A DNA stretch of 64,000 nucleotides, the filler included, from Phoronis australis (Eukaryota > Animalia > Phoronida): NCBI GenBank assembly GCA_002633005.1. It is 9 parts of 9 records of this genome, joined end to end, with 100 filler letters (N's around TTAATTAATTAA, not from the genome) between each part and the next. Parts side by side here need not be neighbours in the genome. Positions count along the whole stretch, not along the records: positions 1 to 7,213 come from NMRA01002054.1; positions 7,314 to 11,398 come from NMRA01001753.1; positions 11,499 to 42,304 come from NMRA01001043.1; 6 more parts are not named here. One strand, 5' to 3'. The notes beneath the pieces were generated by a model. The model ran no database searches and was not told the origin of the DNA. It saw only the letters and a list, made by a program, of their open reading frames with translations. A program made the translations under genes and the position numbers. This document shows, in pieces, positions 1 through 12,277 of this stretch. Numbering within the stretch: position 1 is the first letter of the stretch; every line of letters begins with the position of its first letter.

Positions 1-404
1 GGTGCCAAGGGGGAAGCGTGGATATGGCAATGGTGGGGGAGGGTGAAACAGGTGGCTTCCGGGGATTTCTGCTTACCAAAACATTCCCATCTCAGAAGGC
101 ACACACACAGTTTCCTTCTGGTAAACTATTGCCTCGACTAGAAAGATCTGACCTTACACTGGTAAAATTTTACAAATACAGTGGTCATACCTAGCAACGC
201 ATTTAGTGATTTTTAAGATACTCATCTTATCAAGCACACCCTAGTTTGAAGAATGTAAAGAACAGTTCATTACTGTACAACACCCACGCTATAAGGAATG
301 AAACCCCAAACCAATAGGTCCTGGAAGTAACCTTGCCGCTTATACAACACACTGAAGAACCACTCCGCGCATTGCATAAGTGGAAAACAATAACCATTTA
401 AGAA

Positions 405-565
405 CAAATTCTGCGACTTAGATAACTATTTCTGAAAGTTGATTAAGCCCAGACAGCTGACTGTTTAAGATCCAATTCTGCGACTTGTATAACTACTTCT
501 GGAAGTTGATTGAGCCGAGAAAGATAATTGTTTACGAACCAAAACTGCGACTTGCATAACTAATT
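405..565. repeat. Degenerate tandem repeat, about 2.5 copies of a ~65-70-bp unit, intronic
   Basis: The motif aattctgcgactt(a/g)(g/t)ataacta…gaa(a)gttgatt recurs near 407, 474 and 541. Confidence 0.6.
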
Positions 566-671
566 AAATATGCGCGACGATTAAGCAGTAGTGAGCATTA
601 CATAAAGCACATTTTAACGAGCAGTACTCGTTTAAACACCCTTTGTCTCTTCATAACAATGACGAGCGTAC

Positions 672-800
672 CTGAACCACACTGCCGTCGCTGTCCCTGG
701 CAGTCAGGTCATAGTTCACTATAATGCCTTCCAGGTGTTTAATGATACACCTCTGCAGGTAACCACTACGACTTGTTTTTACAGCCGTGTCAACGAGACC
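672..800 (-). CDS. POLR1A: RNA polymerase I largest subunit, internal exon (bridge-helix region)
   Basis: Encodes [43 protein letters not shown]. The [18 protein letters not shown] form is the Pol I (RPA1) version of the bridge helix. Bounded by ttgcAG and GTacgc on the minus strand, 129 nt, phase 0/0. Confidence 0.96.
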
Positions 801-1229
801 CTGCAATGTACAGCACATTCTTGTTATAAAACGAATGGCCATCAATGCGTGTGGAAGTCCAAATTACAACCGACTTAATGTTAGACAGAAATACTACTGA
901 ACATAATGGAAGTTAAGAATTAAGAATGCCAAAAATAACCAGACGACCAGCACTATTTCATTCAGATTAGATGACACAAAATCATTCTCATCAAATAATT
1001 TATGGTGATAAGATTCTATCTCTGTTACCAACTCAACATGCAATGCGTATGTGCGCCATTTTCAAATTCGCAGTTTTAGGGTTGGCCAATTCAAAGAACA
1101 ATGAAAACTAAGCTCACAGATAGCCACATTAAAAAAAAGTACAAACGGCAAAACTAACCTCACAACCAGCCACATTCAAAGCAGGACTGCCTAAAGCTAA
1201 AAAATATTTAAAGGAATATTAAAACTTAC

Positions 1230-1430
1230 CTCTCGCCCTGCCATACAATGGAAGAAGTATTCCTGTGGTCGTATGCCCGTAAGAAAGCGGCCGTCGATGT
1301 AGCCACCAGCTCGCGGAGAAGTGTCATATGGCAGGAATGAGGGCAATGAACGTCCGCTGAGCATGATGGGAGGTCTGCGTCCCTCCAACTCAATCTGACC
1401 TAGTAGACACGAGATCTGCATACAGTTTAC
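1230..1430 (-). CDS. POLR1A: RNA polymerase I largest subunit, internal exon
   Basis: Encodes [67 protein letters not shown]. caacAG acceptor and GTaagt donor, 201 nt, splices in frame to exon 672-800 (…HCMAGRE|GLVDTAVK…). Confidence 0.96.
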
Positions 1431-1860
1431 CTGTTGGTAAAATAAAGTCAGGTGAAGAAGGTAATGTAAAAACTCCTACTACTGTCCAAATAAGTGGGTA
1501 TCCCACATTCTCAGCTGCACCCCTAAATATAGTTGAGGGCCCAATCCCGGGCCTTTATCACTACATTAGGTTTTCTCACATGTAATCTATGTAAAAAATA
1601 AGATTACAAAATCTCATTATTTTAAATGACTTATTCTTAAATTGACAAAGGCCCCCATTCTCTGGCCAAATTCAGGTGGGATTCCTATATTAAAATAGGG
1701 GCAGTGCTTTTTGGCCACCTTCAGGTGTGGTCTGCTTGGGAGCCCCACTCTTTAGTCGCCTTCAGGTAGGGTTTTACAGGGTTAGCTCCCTATATTACAA
1801 TGGAGCGACCTGCTCTTTGGTTGCTTTTGGATAGAGCCTCCCATATCAGGTGTTTCCTTT

Positions 1861-2046
1861 ACTCAAGGTCGTGAGTTCTAGTCCCACTGGGACACACTGC
1901 TAGACCCTTGAGTCAGATCTCTAGCTCCTCAGCTCGGTTTTTAAGTTTATATTATTAAAGCATAGAAATGATTCCAGGTAAATAGTGCAACCGGGCCCAC
2001 CTGAGCGGCCTGCGTACGTCTGGTACGACGTGTACCGCCCACATGC
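1861..2046 (+). mobile_element. tRNA-derived SINE, 5'-truncated copy
   Basis: B-box-like aggtcgtgagttctagtccc followed by a body (cacactgc…ttgagtcag.tctctagctcct.agctcggtttt…gtgcaa…ggcctg…gtctggtac..cgtgtaccg) colinear with a second copy at ~10868-11048 on another scaffold. Confidence 0.7.
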
Positions 2047-2472
2047 AATTAATCTTTTCTTGAAAATTAGTGAGCTAACCTTTCCTTCATGAGCCATATT
2101 GTGTGCTGGATAGGTGAGGAGTTACTGGGTCCAATAAATAGCACGACAGCATTGCACACCAATGGAAACGTGATGAGCGAAAAGTGATGGGCCTTTGTTG
2201 CTTTACTACATTGATTTGAATATGTAGCAGACCTGCCTACCCAAATTTCGACCATTGTGTACAATCACTGCTGAAAACCTCAAAAATGTGTACAATCTGA
2301 GCTCCAATGTGTACAATCACGAAAACCGAATGCAAAAGATAAATTCTTTCAAATTTGTACCAACACCACGTTTTATGACACAGAAGAATCAACAACAAGT
2401 GGCCAAAGTTTTATTTTTGCAGCATGTACTAGACTAAGTATAAGCAATTGTTTATGGCTTTGTCGACTTATA

Positions 2473-3324
2473 GGGGAAGTTCGGGTAAATTCGGACGAAA
2501 CCACCTAGCTCGACTTGCGTACCTGCTACTGAAGGTTTATGTGTCAGCTAATAACATTAGACGAGCAATGGGATATCCGCAAATCTTTTGAGAAACCAAC
2601 CAATGAGATTCTTCGTTACTAGTTCAGTTTCAATGCCTTCGAATTTTAAGAATAATAAGAATGGCCAAAATCGGGGAAATTCGGACGCATGTGGGGAAAG
2701 TCGGACGGAGTGTCGGGGAAATTCGGACCAGCAAATTCTGAATAGGTAAAATTCGGACAAAATATATATAGTACTTTATGATTTCAAAAAATGAATTTAG
2801 GTATTATTTTGCAGTCTTATCATCAGACGAATAATAAAATTTAAGAAGTCATCACGTCCTGGCCACATAAACAACGTAACAGTACGTCCGCCCTTACCAA
2901 GTTGTGTGGTAAACAGCGCCATTGTTGTTGACAAATTAAGTTTTGGATTGACCTCTTAACACAGGAGGTCATCACGTGATTACGAAAATCTCTCAAGAAA
3001 ACGTCAAGGAAAGCATCTAGTAGCCCATTTTTCCGATTAAATCATGCTTTTTTGTAAGTTTCCTATTAGAATTAACACATAAAACTGCATAGTGATGAAT
3101 TATGCATCAAGTAAATTCAAATTCATTTACATGCAAAGTGACATATGCCTCATATGTGTTGGAACTTTGTTCTAATTCAAGTGAGGTGATAAATAAATCC
3201 CTACTATTGTTCAAAGTGAATAATCTATTCATTTAGTGGCAAAGCATCTTGACTGTTAATATATTTGAAGTTTATTTAGACTTGTCCGAATTTTACCGCC
3301 GTCCGAGTTTCCCCGAACTACCCC
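2473..3324. mobile_element. Non-autonomous DNA transposon (MITE) with TA target duplication, Tc1/mariner-superfamily-like
   Basis: Left end TA|GGGGAAGTTCGGGTAAATTCGGACG and right end CGTCCGAGTTTCCCCGAACTACCCC|TA form a 25-bp TIR with 3 mismatches. The TIR core GG(G/T)AAA(T/G)TCGGAC is repeated four times at ~2672-2760. Confidence 0.85.
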
Positions 3325-3384
3325 TAATAGACAGATTTCAATGACATGAGTTTTTCTTTTGGGTAGTTCCTCTGGTGTGAAGTT

Positions 3385-3670
3385 GGGATTTCAGAACGAG
3401 AAGCGAGTCCAGCGTCTCGTTACCGAGTGACGCCCTTTGCTCAGTTTTGTTCTTTTGTTATGCAAGAAAAGACTCGTTCACAGCTTGCGTTGCCATGTGG
3501 AATCGTCAGGATTCCAAGCATAACATGTGACAGATTCTTGAACCGAAACATGTCTCCTGCATCTTTTATTTTGGCGATGTTCACCCACATTTGATCAATC
3601 GTTGCCGTGCAGTTAATATTCTGGCAACTCTGGTAATCAGCGAATTCCAGCTGAACAGTATCACTTGATA
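3385..3670 (-). pseudogene. hAT transposase relic, C-terminal dimerisation domain
   Basis: …IDQMWVNIAKIKDAGDMFRFKNLSHVMLGILTIPHGNASCERVFS, then after a frameshift KNKTEQRASLGNETLDSLLVLK. Fits the hATC pattern W…FxxL…(L/I)PxxxAxxERxFS…RxxL. Confidence 0.85.
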
Positions 3671-4310
3671 CCCATGATGGGCGGCACATATGTACCCAAC
3701 AATATAATGAGTGCCGCCCCGCCCCCCCCCCCCCCTACTAATGGGGTCTTGTGACTATGTCTATTTAGTAAAATTTAGCAAAAAATAAACCATAACTAGA
3801 CAGTCAGCTCGCCAAAATCAGAAATTTGAGGTTTAATGACAGTACGTTAAAAGCAGACAACAAAGCTCAAATCACATATAGTGAATGACCCTTCCTTGAA
3901 CCTTAAAACTTTGAGAGGTTGACATGGAAACCAGGTATTTTGCCAGTCAAACTCAGATAATTCAGGTTTGGGAACAAATTTATGTTAGAAGCAGGCAATC
4001 TTACCCAGAGTGTATGGAGTGATTCTTTGGTGAAATCCAGGGTTATTGGCAAGCTGGATAGTGTATTGCTACCATGGTAACTAACATACTTGAGGTCAAG
4101 ATCACCAATTTTAGGCATCATGCCAGTCACGTTAGCAGGCAACCATGCTCAAATCATTTTAGTGGCCCTCCCTAGAAACTTAAAGGAGTTTGTACTGGTG
4201 ATTTCATATCAATAGAAAATGCCAATATAATATGTAATTAGCTGAAGTTTGCTTTCAAAAAACCAACGTTCCAAGGAAAAAGAGCACATCTCCCATGAAG
4301 CATTGCATTC

Positions 4311-4368
4311 TCCCATGTGACATTTGAGTGTCCCATGTGACATTTGATTGTCCCACGTGACATTTGAT
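4311..4368. repeat. 20-bp tandem repeat, about 3 copies
   Basis: tccca(t/c)gtgacatttga(g/t)tg repeated; a related single unit lies near 5620. Confidence 0.7.
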
Positions 4369-6056
4369 CAGACCTGTGTACCACCCAAACAGCATTGGAG
4401 TACTCCGAACGCCAGATATGCAGATTTTCCAGTAAATTCGCAGATTCCCACGTACAGACCAAATTTACTTTCACCATCTGACCGACTAAGAAAAAGGAGG
4501 GGGCTTAGCTTAGCGTTCAGACTTTCGCGCCATATTCTTGCATCTTTAGAGGACTTTTGTCTTGTTTCCTCGGACTTTCGGTTTTGGGATTCTTTCAACC
4601 CCCTGGGTACGCGCATAGGTTCTTTTCCTACTTGCTTGCCTCTCAAACTTTCTAAAACACACGTAGTGAATTGATCACCAATTTTCAGAATAACTTAAGT
4701 TGTTTAGTTGAGGGACAACGCGCATAGTGAAAAGGTCCTGTTAATCAAATGCCCTTACTGAACATAGTTATGTTAATACATGCCTAATGTACACCTCATT
4801 TCATAACACAACAACATATCTGCAAAAATGTGTTGATGAATCTGCACTGGACAATGTTTTGCATCGATATTTTCTTAACCATTCACAAAAGTTTTGAATA
4901 ATTATTCATTGCAATTGTCTGTGATCACGTACCACCGTACTGCATGCGAAAAGACACTGAGTCGAGGCTTGACTCCTTGAGACCTCGAGGCTCGACTGTG
5001 GCTCGAGTATTATCGTCAGCTCAACACGCTATGAAGTCAGTGCAGTCACCATGTCCGTAAAAAATACGCTATACAACTTGCAGTATAAATTCCACGGTCC
5101 CATGGATAAGACATTGTCATTCTTTGGAATAACGTCGCAAAAACAGATGTTCCCTTTTTCAGAAGTTACTTTCAGCTCGGAATATGCGACCACACGTGCT
5201 TTGCCATTTTGTCAACAGTACGTGTTTAGCCGTAAATAGTCGGAATTAGACGAAGTAAGCAATCCACAAATCACATAAGTCGTTGCTTATAGGTTAGGCC
5301 TGTGAAACACATGCCAATAGAAGAGGCCTCGCGATATGCCGATTATCAGGCTATTTCGAGAATGAAACGAAGGAAGTTTTCCGAGTTTGTAGATCAACTT
5401 TTTAACTAAAATAATGATTTTACAATATGTTTTTTCATTTCTAACTTTAAAAATCTCCTTCCTCGTCTGTTTAGACTACAAATCTACGAGAAGCAAGCAA
5501 ATTAATAATCTCTTTTGAATTTGCGTATTTTTACCTGGTCGTGCGTACTAGCGTACTGGAGGCTTGACTTCCGTACGAATCCGCATTTTTTGCATATGGT
5601 ACACAGGTCTGCTTGATTGTCCCATGTGACATTCGATTGTTTCATGGCAGGTTTCTTCACTGCCATATACGATATGAGTGACACATGGTATAAACAAGAA
5701 TATATGCGACATGGGTTTTTCATACCAAATGATATTGTGAATTTCTTATGAACTTTCAGCAATAAGTTCATAGGGATGGAAGGTTCTGGTTTTACCAAGC
5801 AAGATAGATGGTTTGTGCCATAACCCTTGGTTGAAATTACGTTCTTTTATGAAATTTTTTAAAAAATTGACGTGATGAAAACTATTCAGTGTTAAAGTGT
5901 ACCTACATCTGTCCATGTTAAAGAATGAAACTGACACGTGTAATTACAACCACAAATTTGCATTTTATGACAAATTGTGCTGATAATGGTCACTTGCAAT
6001 GTTTTGTTTTCTAGTTTACAAAAGTCACATGTAATGAATTATTGAATTTTATATAA

Positions 6057-6474
6057 CAGGGCTTGGAATGACCAATGACAAAAAACGCGGAAACTTTTAC
6101 AGCCCAAATCATGCCCGATAGCCAGCCTTTGAAATGGTCAATGNGCCCGTCCACTCCCAACCCACACAAATTTGGCTGCAGAGTGGTAGTATTTGTCGCC
6201 GCGCTTAACAATAACACGAGCCGCCATTGAAAATCACACCACGCTTTACCCAGATGCCCCGGCAATGTTGACAATTTACGTTCCTCCGAAACATAAAGAG
6301 CAACTTCCGCTTCCCGAGGTGAACGTCGTCTGCAACGCCTCGGTAAGAAAGGAATTTGCCGTGGAAATTTCATATCAAATCTGATTTTTTTAACGCGGAA
6401 ATATTATAAAAAAAGCGGAAAGCACATTTCAAAAAAGCGGAAATCCGCGTTTCCGCGGAAAATTCCAAGCCCTG
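6057..6474 (+). mobile_element. hAT-like MITE with 6-bp TSD (ATATAA), interrupted by a 1-N assembly join
   Basis: ATATAA|CAGGGCTTGGAAT…ATTCCAAGCCCTG|ATATAA: 13-bp perfect TIR, subterminal (c)gcggaaa repeats. Same family as 22748-23906. Confidence 0.85.
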
Positions 6475-7213
6475 ATATAAGAATTAATTCATTATTGTTT
6501 TAACTTTTAAATCCTTATAGAAATAGTCCCATAGCTGATTAGCACAACAAGTGTAACTGACAGTAAAATAACACTATAAAACAAATGAGTAATTTGTTCG
6601 CTGTGCAATTTTAAGTGCTAACAAAACGAGCACTTTTTATGGCACAGTGTACTGGTTATACTTGTCTGCTTGATATTTTTGTCTCACTTTTCAAAGTCCG
6701 ATGGGAGAAGTTTTTTGAAATCATTTCATGGAACAATAGAACTTTGATCACTCAAAATCCTTCATTGTCATTGTAGAATGAAACAGATGAGTGTAATTTG
6801 TACCCTGGGGAATTTTAAGTCCCTTCAAGGAAGATTTAAAAATCATTTCACAAGACATCAGAACATTGATCATTCTCAATCATCCATTGTCAGCATGAGG
6901 GTCAGCCCTCTCAGGAGCAACCGCTTCCCTATCCCAGTTGCCAGCTGTCCCTCATGACAAAGCCGTCCTAACAATAGCTCTATAGTGAGCCAGCCAACCA
7001 CACAAATCGCTTTTGCAGTATTATGTAAGCATTAACTAGGCCTTGGGCAGACACCAGAATAGAAGTTTCAGATATAACTATTTATGCATGTGTTAAAAAT
7101 TTTTGTGCTATATTGAAAATTATTGATCAATATCAAATACATACAGTCGTTGAACGGCGAAAATTGATGCCCAACTTGCCGAGAAACAAACCTTGTCGTC
7201 ACTCAGCATTGAA

Positions 7214-7313
7214 NNNNNNNNNNNNNNNNNNNNNNNNNNNNNNNNNNNNNNNNNNNNTTAATTAATTAANNNNNNNNNNNNNNNNNNNNNNNNNNNNNNN
7301 NNNNNNNNNNNNN
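7214..7313. other. Artificial scaffold-concatenation linker
   Basis: 44 N + TTAATTAATTAA (stops in all six frames) + 44 N; identical structure at eight positions. Confidence 0.97.
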
Positions 7314-7530
7314 CCACCACCATCATCATATTCGTCATCATCTTCGTCATCTTCGTCATCATCTCCGTCGTTGTCTTTTCCGTTATTTTCGCCAAGTGTC
7401 GCACAAGACTGTAGCCTTTTTCTTACTGATTTCGGACCTCTACGTTCGCCATGTGTATGTTATTAATACTTCTTTTTTTCACCATCGTCGTCATATTCGT
7501 CATCTTTGTCATCATCTTTATCGTCATCTT
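7314..7530. repeat. (CAT/CGT/CTT)-rich low-complexity triplet tract
   Basis: Runs of catcat/gtcatcttc in two loosely duplicated blocks, each ending in ttttcgccaag or atttcgccaag. Confidence 0.6.
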
Positions 7531-7574
7531 TTTGGTTAATTTCGCCAAGGTTCGCTCCTCGGAGCGCTTTCATT

Positions 7575-7925
7575 TTTATTGTTTCAAGTAGGAGTCTGCT
7601 TCTCTATTGCCCATACCTTTCTAAGGATTGTTGTGAAAATTGGTATATCTTGTGTTCTTACTGAGCAGAGTATGGCTGACAATGGTTTTTGGATGGTTTC
7701 GTCTACTGCAGGGTCCACTAAGACTTTCAATTTTACTTTGTTCACATCCACAACTGTTTCTCTTGAACCCCTCATTGGCCCTCAAGGATCTTTGTGAAAT
7801 TTGTCAAGTGTATTTCTGTGCCTATGACAATTTTGTTTTTTTAACATTCTCTGCATCTTCAGAGTTTCAAATCAGATTTTCATGAAATTTGGCAAGTGGA
7901 TTTCTTTCTATTTTCAGATGGGTTT
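7575..7925 (-). mobile_element. Old degenerate copy of the ~150-bp-unit array element family (see 47738-50762)
   Basis: aaggattgttgtgaaaattggtata…cttact, ggatctttgtgaaattt, cagattttcatgaaatttgg and ttttcagatgg match units of the 48693-50762 array. Confidence 0.55.
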
Positions 7926-8991
7926 AACTTGTGGTGTGACTTTTTTATTATTTATATGAAACTTTTCAACATCATACTTTATACAGCGTTCTCAAATGCT
8001 TGTAGGAATTGCTTTTAAAATTTTCCACTTTTGCATGAGGGTCTATCAAAAAATAAGACTTATGATATTTTATGAAATAACTAAAAAGTGGAATAAAATG
8101 ATAACGGAATGATAGTTTAGAAAACTGTAACACCATTAATCGAGACTTGTTCTCATGCATTTATAGTTCAAATGTTGGTCACGTTATTGATACCATTGTT
8201 TTGCTATGGATGTGCCTTTCTTTTTGCTGAATTTTACTAAAAAGACACGATCACAAGACCCAATTATTATCACATTGGTATTAAGTCAAAAATCAAAAAT
8301 GTGCAGGCCTTCTACTTTTAGAAAATGTTATTTTACTGAGTTAAAATCTGTAGTTTTGTAGATATTCGGCTTAATACTCCAACTAGTCCATAAGGTCTTA
8401 CATGTCCTCAATCAGTTAGCTGGGTGTGCGTGACAGTCAACCATTTCATCTCGTAAACCACATGACGTGTCACTTTAACGATTGTGGTTATCAGTTGTTT
8501 TTGAGCTTTTGTTTTTAAAATATTAATAAGTGCCGAAACCATTAAACCATCGTGATCCTTTGACTGTGTGTTTTTTACTTTGAAGGTTTTGAGCTTAGTA
8601 TCTGAATGTTATCATGTTGATAACACTCAGTGCAGAATAGGATGTTGTGTCAACCCTTAGTGGTGAAATGCTGTTGGGATTATGGTGATGATAATTACTG
8701 TTTGTAGTACTACTGTGAACACATGTACAAGGAGTGTTGCCCTGTAGTATGGTTACTTAAAGTATGTCTGTAACAGTAATTTTATCACCACTATAAATAC
8801 AAACTCATGGACAAGAAATTGAGTTGGATTAGTCATGCTCATTAAAAATGTTTCCATGATAGCATCTGAATGTATCTGTCAGTATGATATCATTACAGTA
8901 TTGCTCAGTATGCATGAACATCAAGTGGGACTGGAGCATTAATTACTTACTAGATGTGAAAAAAGTGTGAAAATTATTTGAAATTTAATGT

Positions 8992-9234
8992 CAACTTAAT
9001 GACAACACTGGATCCACAACTTAATGACAACACTAGATCCGCAACTTAATGGCAACACTAGATCCACAACATAGTGACAACACTAGATCTACAACTTAAT
9101 AACAACACTGGATCCACAACATAGTGACAACACTAGATCTACAACTTAATAACAACACTGGATCCACAACATAGTGACAACACTAGATCTACAACTTAAT
9201 GACAACACTAGATCCACAACATAGTGACAACACT
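8992..9234. repeat. 25-bp minisatellite running into a gap
   Basis: Unit acaacttaatgacaacactagatcc, about 10 copies; cttaat and catagt variants alternate in the later copies. Confidence 0.9.
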
Positions 9235-9793
9235 ANNNNNNNNNNNNNNNNNNNNNNNNNNNNNNNNNNNNNNNNNNNNNNNNNNNNNNNNNNNNNNNNN
9301 NNNNNNNNNNNNNNNNNNNNNNNNNNNNNNNNNNNNNNNNNNNNNNNNNNNNNNNNNNNNNNNNNNNNNNNNNNNNNNNNNNNNNNNNNNNNNNNNNNNN
9401 NNNNNNNNNNNNNNNNNNNNNNNNNNNNNNNNNNNNNNNNNNNNNNNNNNNNNNNNNNNNNNNNNNNNNNNNNNNNNNNNNNNNNNNNNNNNNNNNNNNN
9501 NNNNNNNNNNNNNNNNNNNNNNNNNNNNNNNNNNNNNNNNNNNNNNNNNNNNNNNNNNNNNNNNNNNNNNNNNNNNNNNNNNNNNNNNNNNNNNNNNNNN
9601 NNNNNNNNNNNNNNNNNNNNNNNNNNNNNNNNNNNNNNNNNNNNNNNNNNNNNNNNNNNNNNNNNNNNNNNNNNNNNNNNNNNNNNNNNNNNNNNNNNNN
9701 NNNNNNNNNNNNNNNNNNNNNNNNNNNNNNNNNNNNNNNNNNNNNNNNNNNNNNNNNNNNNNNNNNNNNNNNNNNNNNNNNNNNNNNNNNNNN

Positions 9794-9838
<45 letters not shown>
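9794..9838. repeat. (CA)n microsatellite
   Basis: Pure CA run at the gap edge. Confidence 0.95.
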
Positions 9839-9842
<4 letters not shown>

Positions 9843-10867
9843 GCATTTCATCGAAAACTCAATTTCACAAATCAAAAACACCAAATATACTTTTCTCATG
9901 TGCATTTCTTTCTAAAAAAGAAAAAACCAGACCATCTTTGGAGAAATAAGTCTCCTAATCCATTTTTACAATAATTATATTTTTCGAATGTGATATAAAT
10001 TTCTAATTATTTTTTGAAAAGTGTTATAGATGAGGTCCTACTTTCAGCTTTCTACAGTACATATGTTTTTTGGCCAAAAGAATGATAAGATTCAACAGTT
10101 CATTTGCTAACCTGGCAAAAATTTCTTGATCAAAACAAGGAATCTTCATAGGGGACGTGAAAGCCATGGCCCACCAAAACAATATATACTTCGGAAGAGC
10201 AGAAAACGAAATAAACGAAACACTTGAAGTGAAAAACCAGCAAAACTATGAATTGTCTGCCAGCATACCCCACAGCTCCCAGACAGGGTTTTTTCTCTAC
10301 TCGAATGGACAATTGGGAGTGCCTCGTGTGCTCAAGTTAAATATCCCATGTGGGCTCACCTCTGTGGGTAGGACCAGATGATCGGCACATATTACTTGTG
10401 CGTGACTCTGATTTTTGCCAAAAGATTTAGACTTCCATCTGTTTACACCCTGTAATACAGTAGTGTTGAGTATTTGCAGCGCTCCTTTAATAAGCACCTG
10501 AGTCTTGAATAAGTGCTGCGTAAAAAACCCTGTTGAAATGCCATAGTTAAATAACCGCCAGGTCTCAAGTAGGCACCAGGGGAAATAATTCAAGGCTTGT
10601 TATTGAAAGAACAACTCTAACCACAAGTCATTGTTTTACTAGATAGTCCAAGACCTACTGTTAACTACATGCAAGTCAACATAATGTGTGGAAATTAATG
10701 AATAGGTACTTTGCAAGCAAGCTCATTCCATGCAAAGTTTGTCCATTTCTTTATGAATTTATTGGGATATACCGGTATGTTCACTATATTGTTGTATGGA
10801 AGTGACGAATATTGTATCAAATGAGTGTACCTGTAAGCGTTAAAAGGCATGAGTGACTCATCTTTTC

Positions 10868-11048
10868 AATTGAGGTCGTGGGTTCGAGTCCCATTGGACC
10901 ACACTGCTTGGCCATTGAGTCAGGTCTCTAGCTCCTTAGCTCGGTTTTAACTATATATTAATGAATAAACCACAGGTGATCAGTGCAATGGGCCTACATG
11001 CACGGCCTGTGCGTGTCTGGTACATCGTGTACCGGACCACCTGCATGA
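10868..11048 (+). mobile_element. tRNA-derived SINE copy
   Basis: Consensus B-box GGTTCGAGTCCC at ~10881 and a body colinear with 1861-2046. Confidence 0.7.
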
Positions 11049-11398
11049 CTTGTTTATGAGGGCGTGCTCAACAGTAAGATAGCACCAGGTCTGCAAAACT
11101 GGCCTCGCTGAATAAGCACCGAGTTTTAAATAAGCGCCGGTTTGAAATTAGCTCTGAATCAAAAAATATTATTGAAAAATTATGCACTTTGGCGCTAATG
11201 TACCACTGGTATTTTGAGTGCATGCTCGGATGTGTGCCTGATGACCTAGTTCGATTTTTGCTGTATAGCCAAACAGTCTGAAGTCACCAAATGAGGCCCT
11301 GCTTCTGAAAGTATTGGTTGTCCACTTCCAGCTGCCTCTGCAACTGTGCACTTAGGTTGACTATTGTATTATGGTATCCACTTAGGTTGACCGTTGTA

Positions 11399-11498
11399 NN
11401 NNNNNNNNNNNNNNNNNNNNNNNNNNNNNNNNNNNNNNNNNNTTAATTAATTAANNNNNNNNNNNNNNNNNNNNNNNNNNNNNNNNNNNNNNNNNNNN
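11399..11498. other. Artificial scaffold-concatenation linker
   Basis: 44 N + TTAATTAATTAA + 44 N. Confidence 0.97.
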
Positions 11499-12169
11499 TG
11501 CGAACTACACCGCTTTTTTATGCAGGCTTGCACAATAAACTTGTCTCAGTCTTTTGTAAGTAACTAGACACACTTTGCATATCATTAAAACCAAGTCTTT
11601 GTGGCTGATCTATTCCCACGATAGGGCAAAAATCAGACACATCTAGGATTTTATTTGTTATTTAGAAAGTAGTTTTCACGCAACATGCGGAAAAAAGTTG
11701 TGGATAAGACCTCTTCAAAGAGACCATTTCTGCACCTTACTCTGTTTGGTGAATGTTCTCGAAAGTGTCAGTAAAGTGGCGTATATCTTGGTGACAGGCT
11801 TTGCTTGGCGTTGACGGGAGAAATTTTCATACGTGTCTATTTATGTTCAAGTTTTTCAACGAACTAGTTTTTGGCTAGCCGTGTGATAATGATGCTTTTT
11901 TGTAAATCAAATACATATAGCAGATCGACCAAGTCTCAATCTTCATCTTAATTTTGAACATAGTTCAGTTTGACAGAGCTTGTAAGCTGTGGTCTGGTTT
12001 TAATCACTTAACTGCGCAACACAATGGGCTAGTTAAATACCAAATACAGCGTGTTTTATGATTTTATTATTAACCAGCTTTTGTTATTTCTCTTTCACGT
12101 TTTATTATTTTCAACTTTTCTTAAATTTCAGACTATTGACATTAGTATTTGTACATGTACATGTATACA

Positions 12170-12277
12170 TTATTACTGTCTACATATTAGCCAAGGCAGT
12201 GTTGGAAATCAATGTTGTAACCACTGATCAGGATTTTAATCCAGTGTAAATAAATCTTAACTACTACTACTACTACT
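12170..12277 (+). mobile_element. Probable 3' end of a non-LTR retroposon with a (TAC)n tail
   Basis: aaataaa followed closely by a (ACT)n microsatellite tail; no ORF retained. Confidence 0.3.

Noticed and set aside
9189-9949. Long ORFs in the track (also 16814-17232 and 58765-59219)
   Set aside because: They are open only because they run through N gaps and a CA microsatellite.
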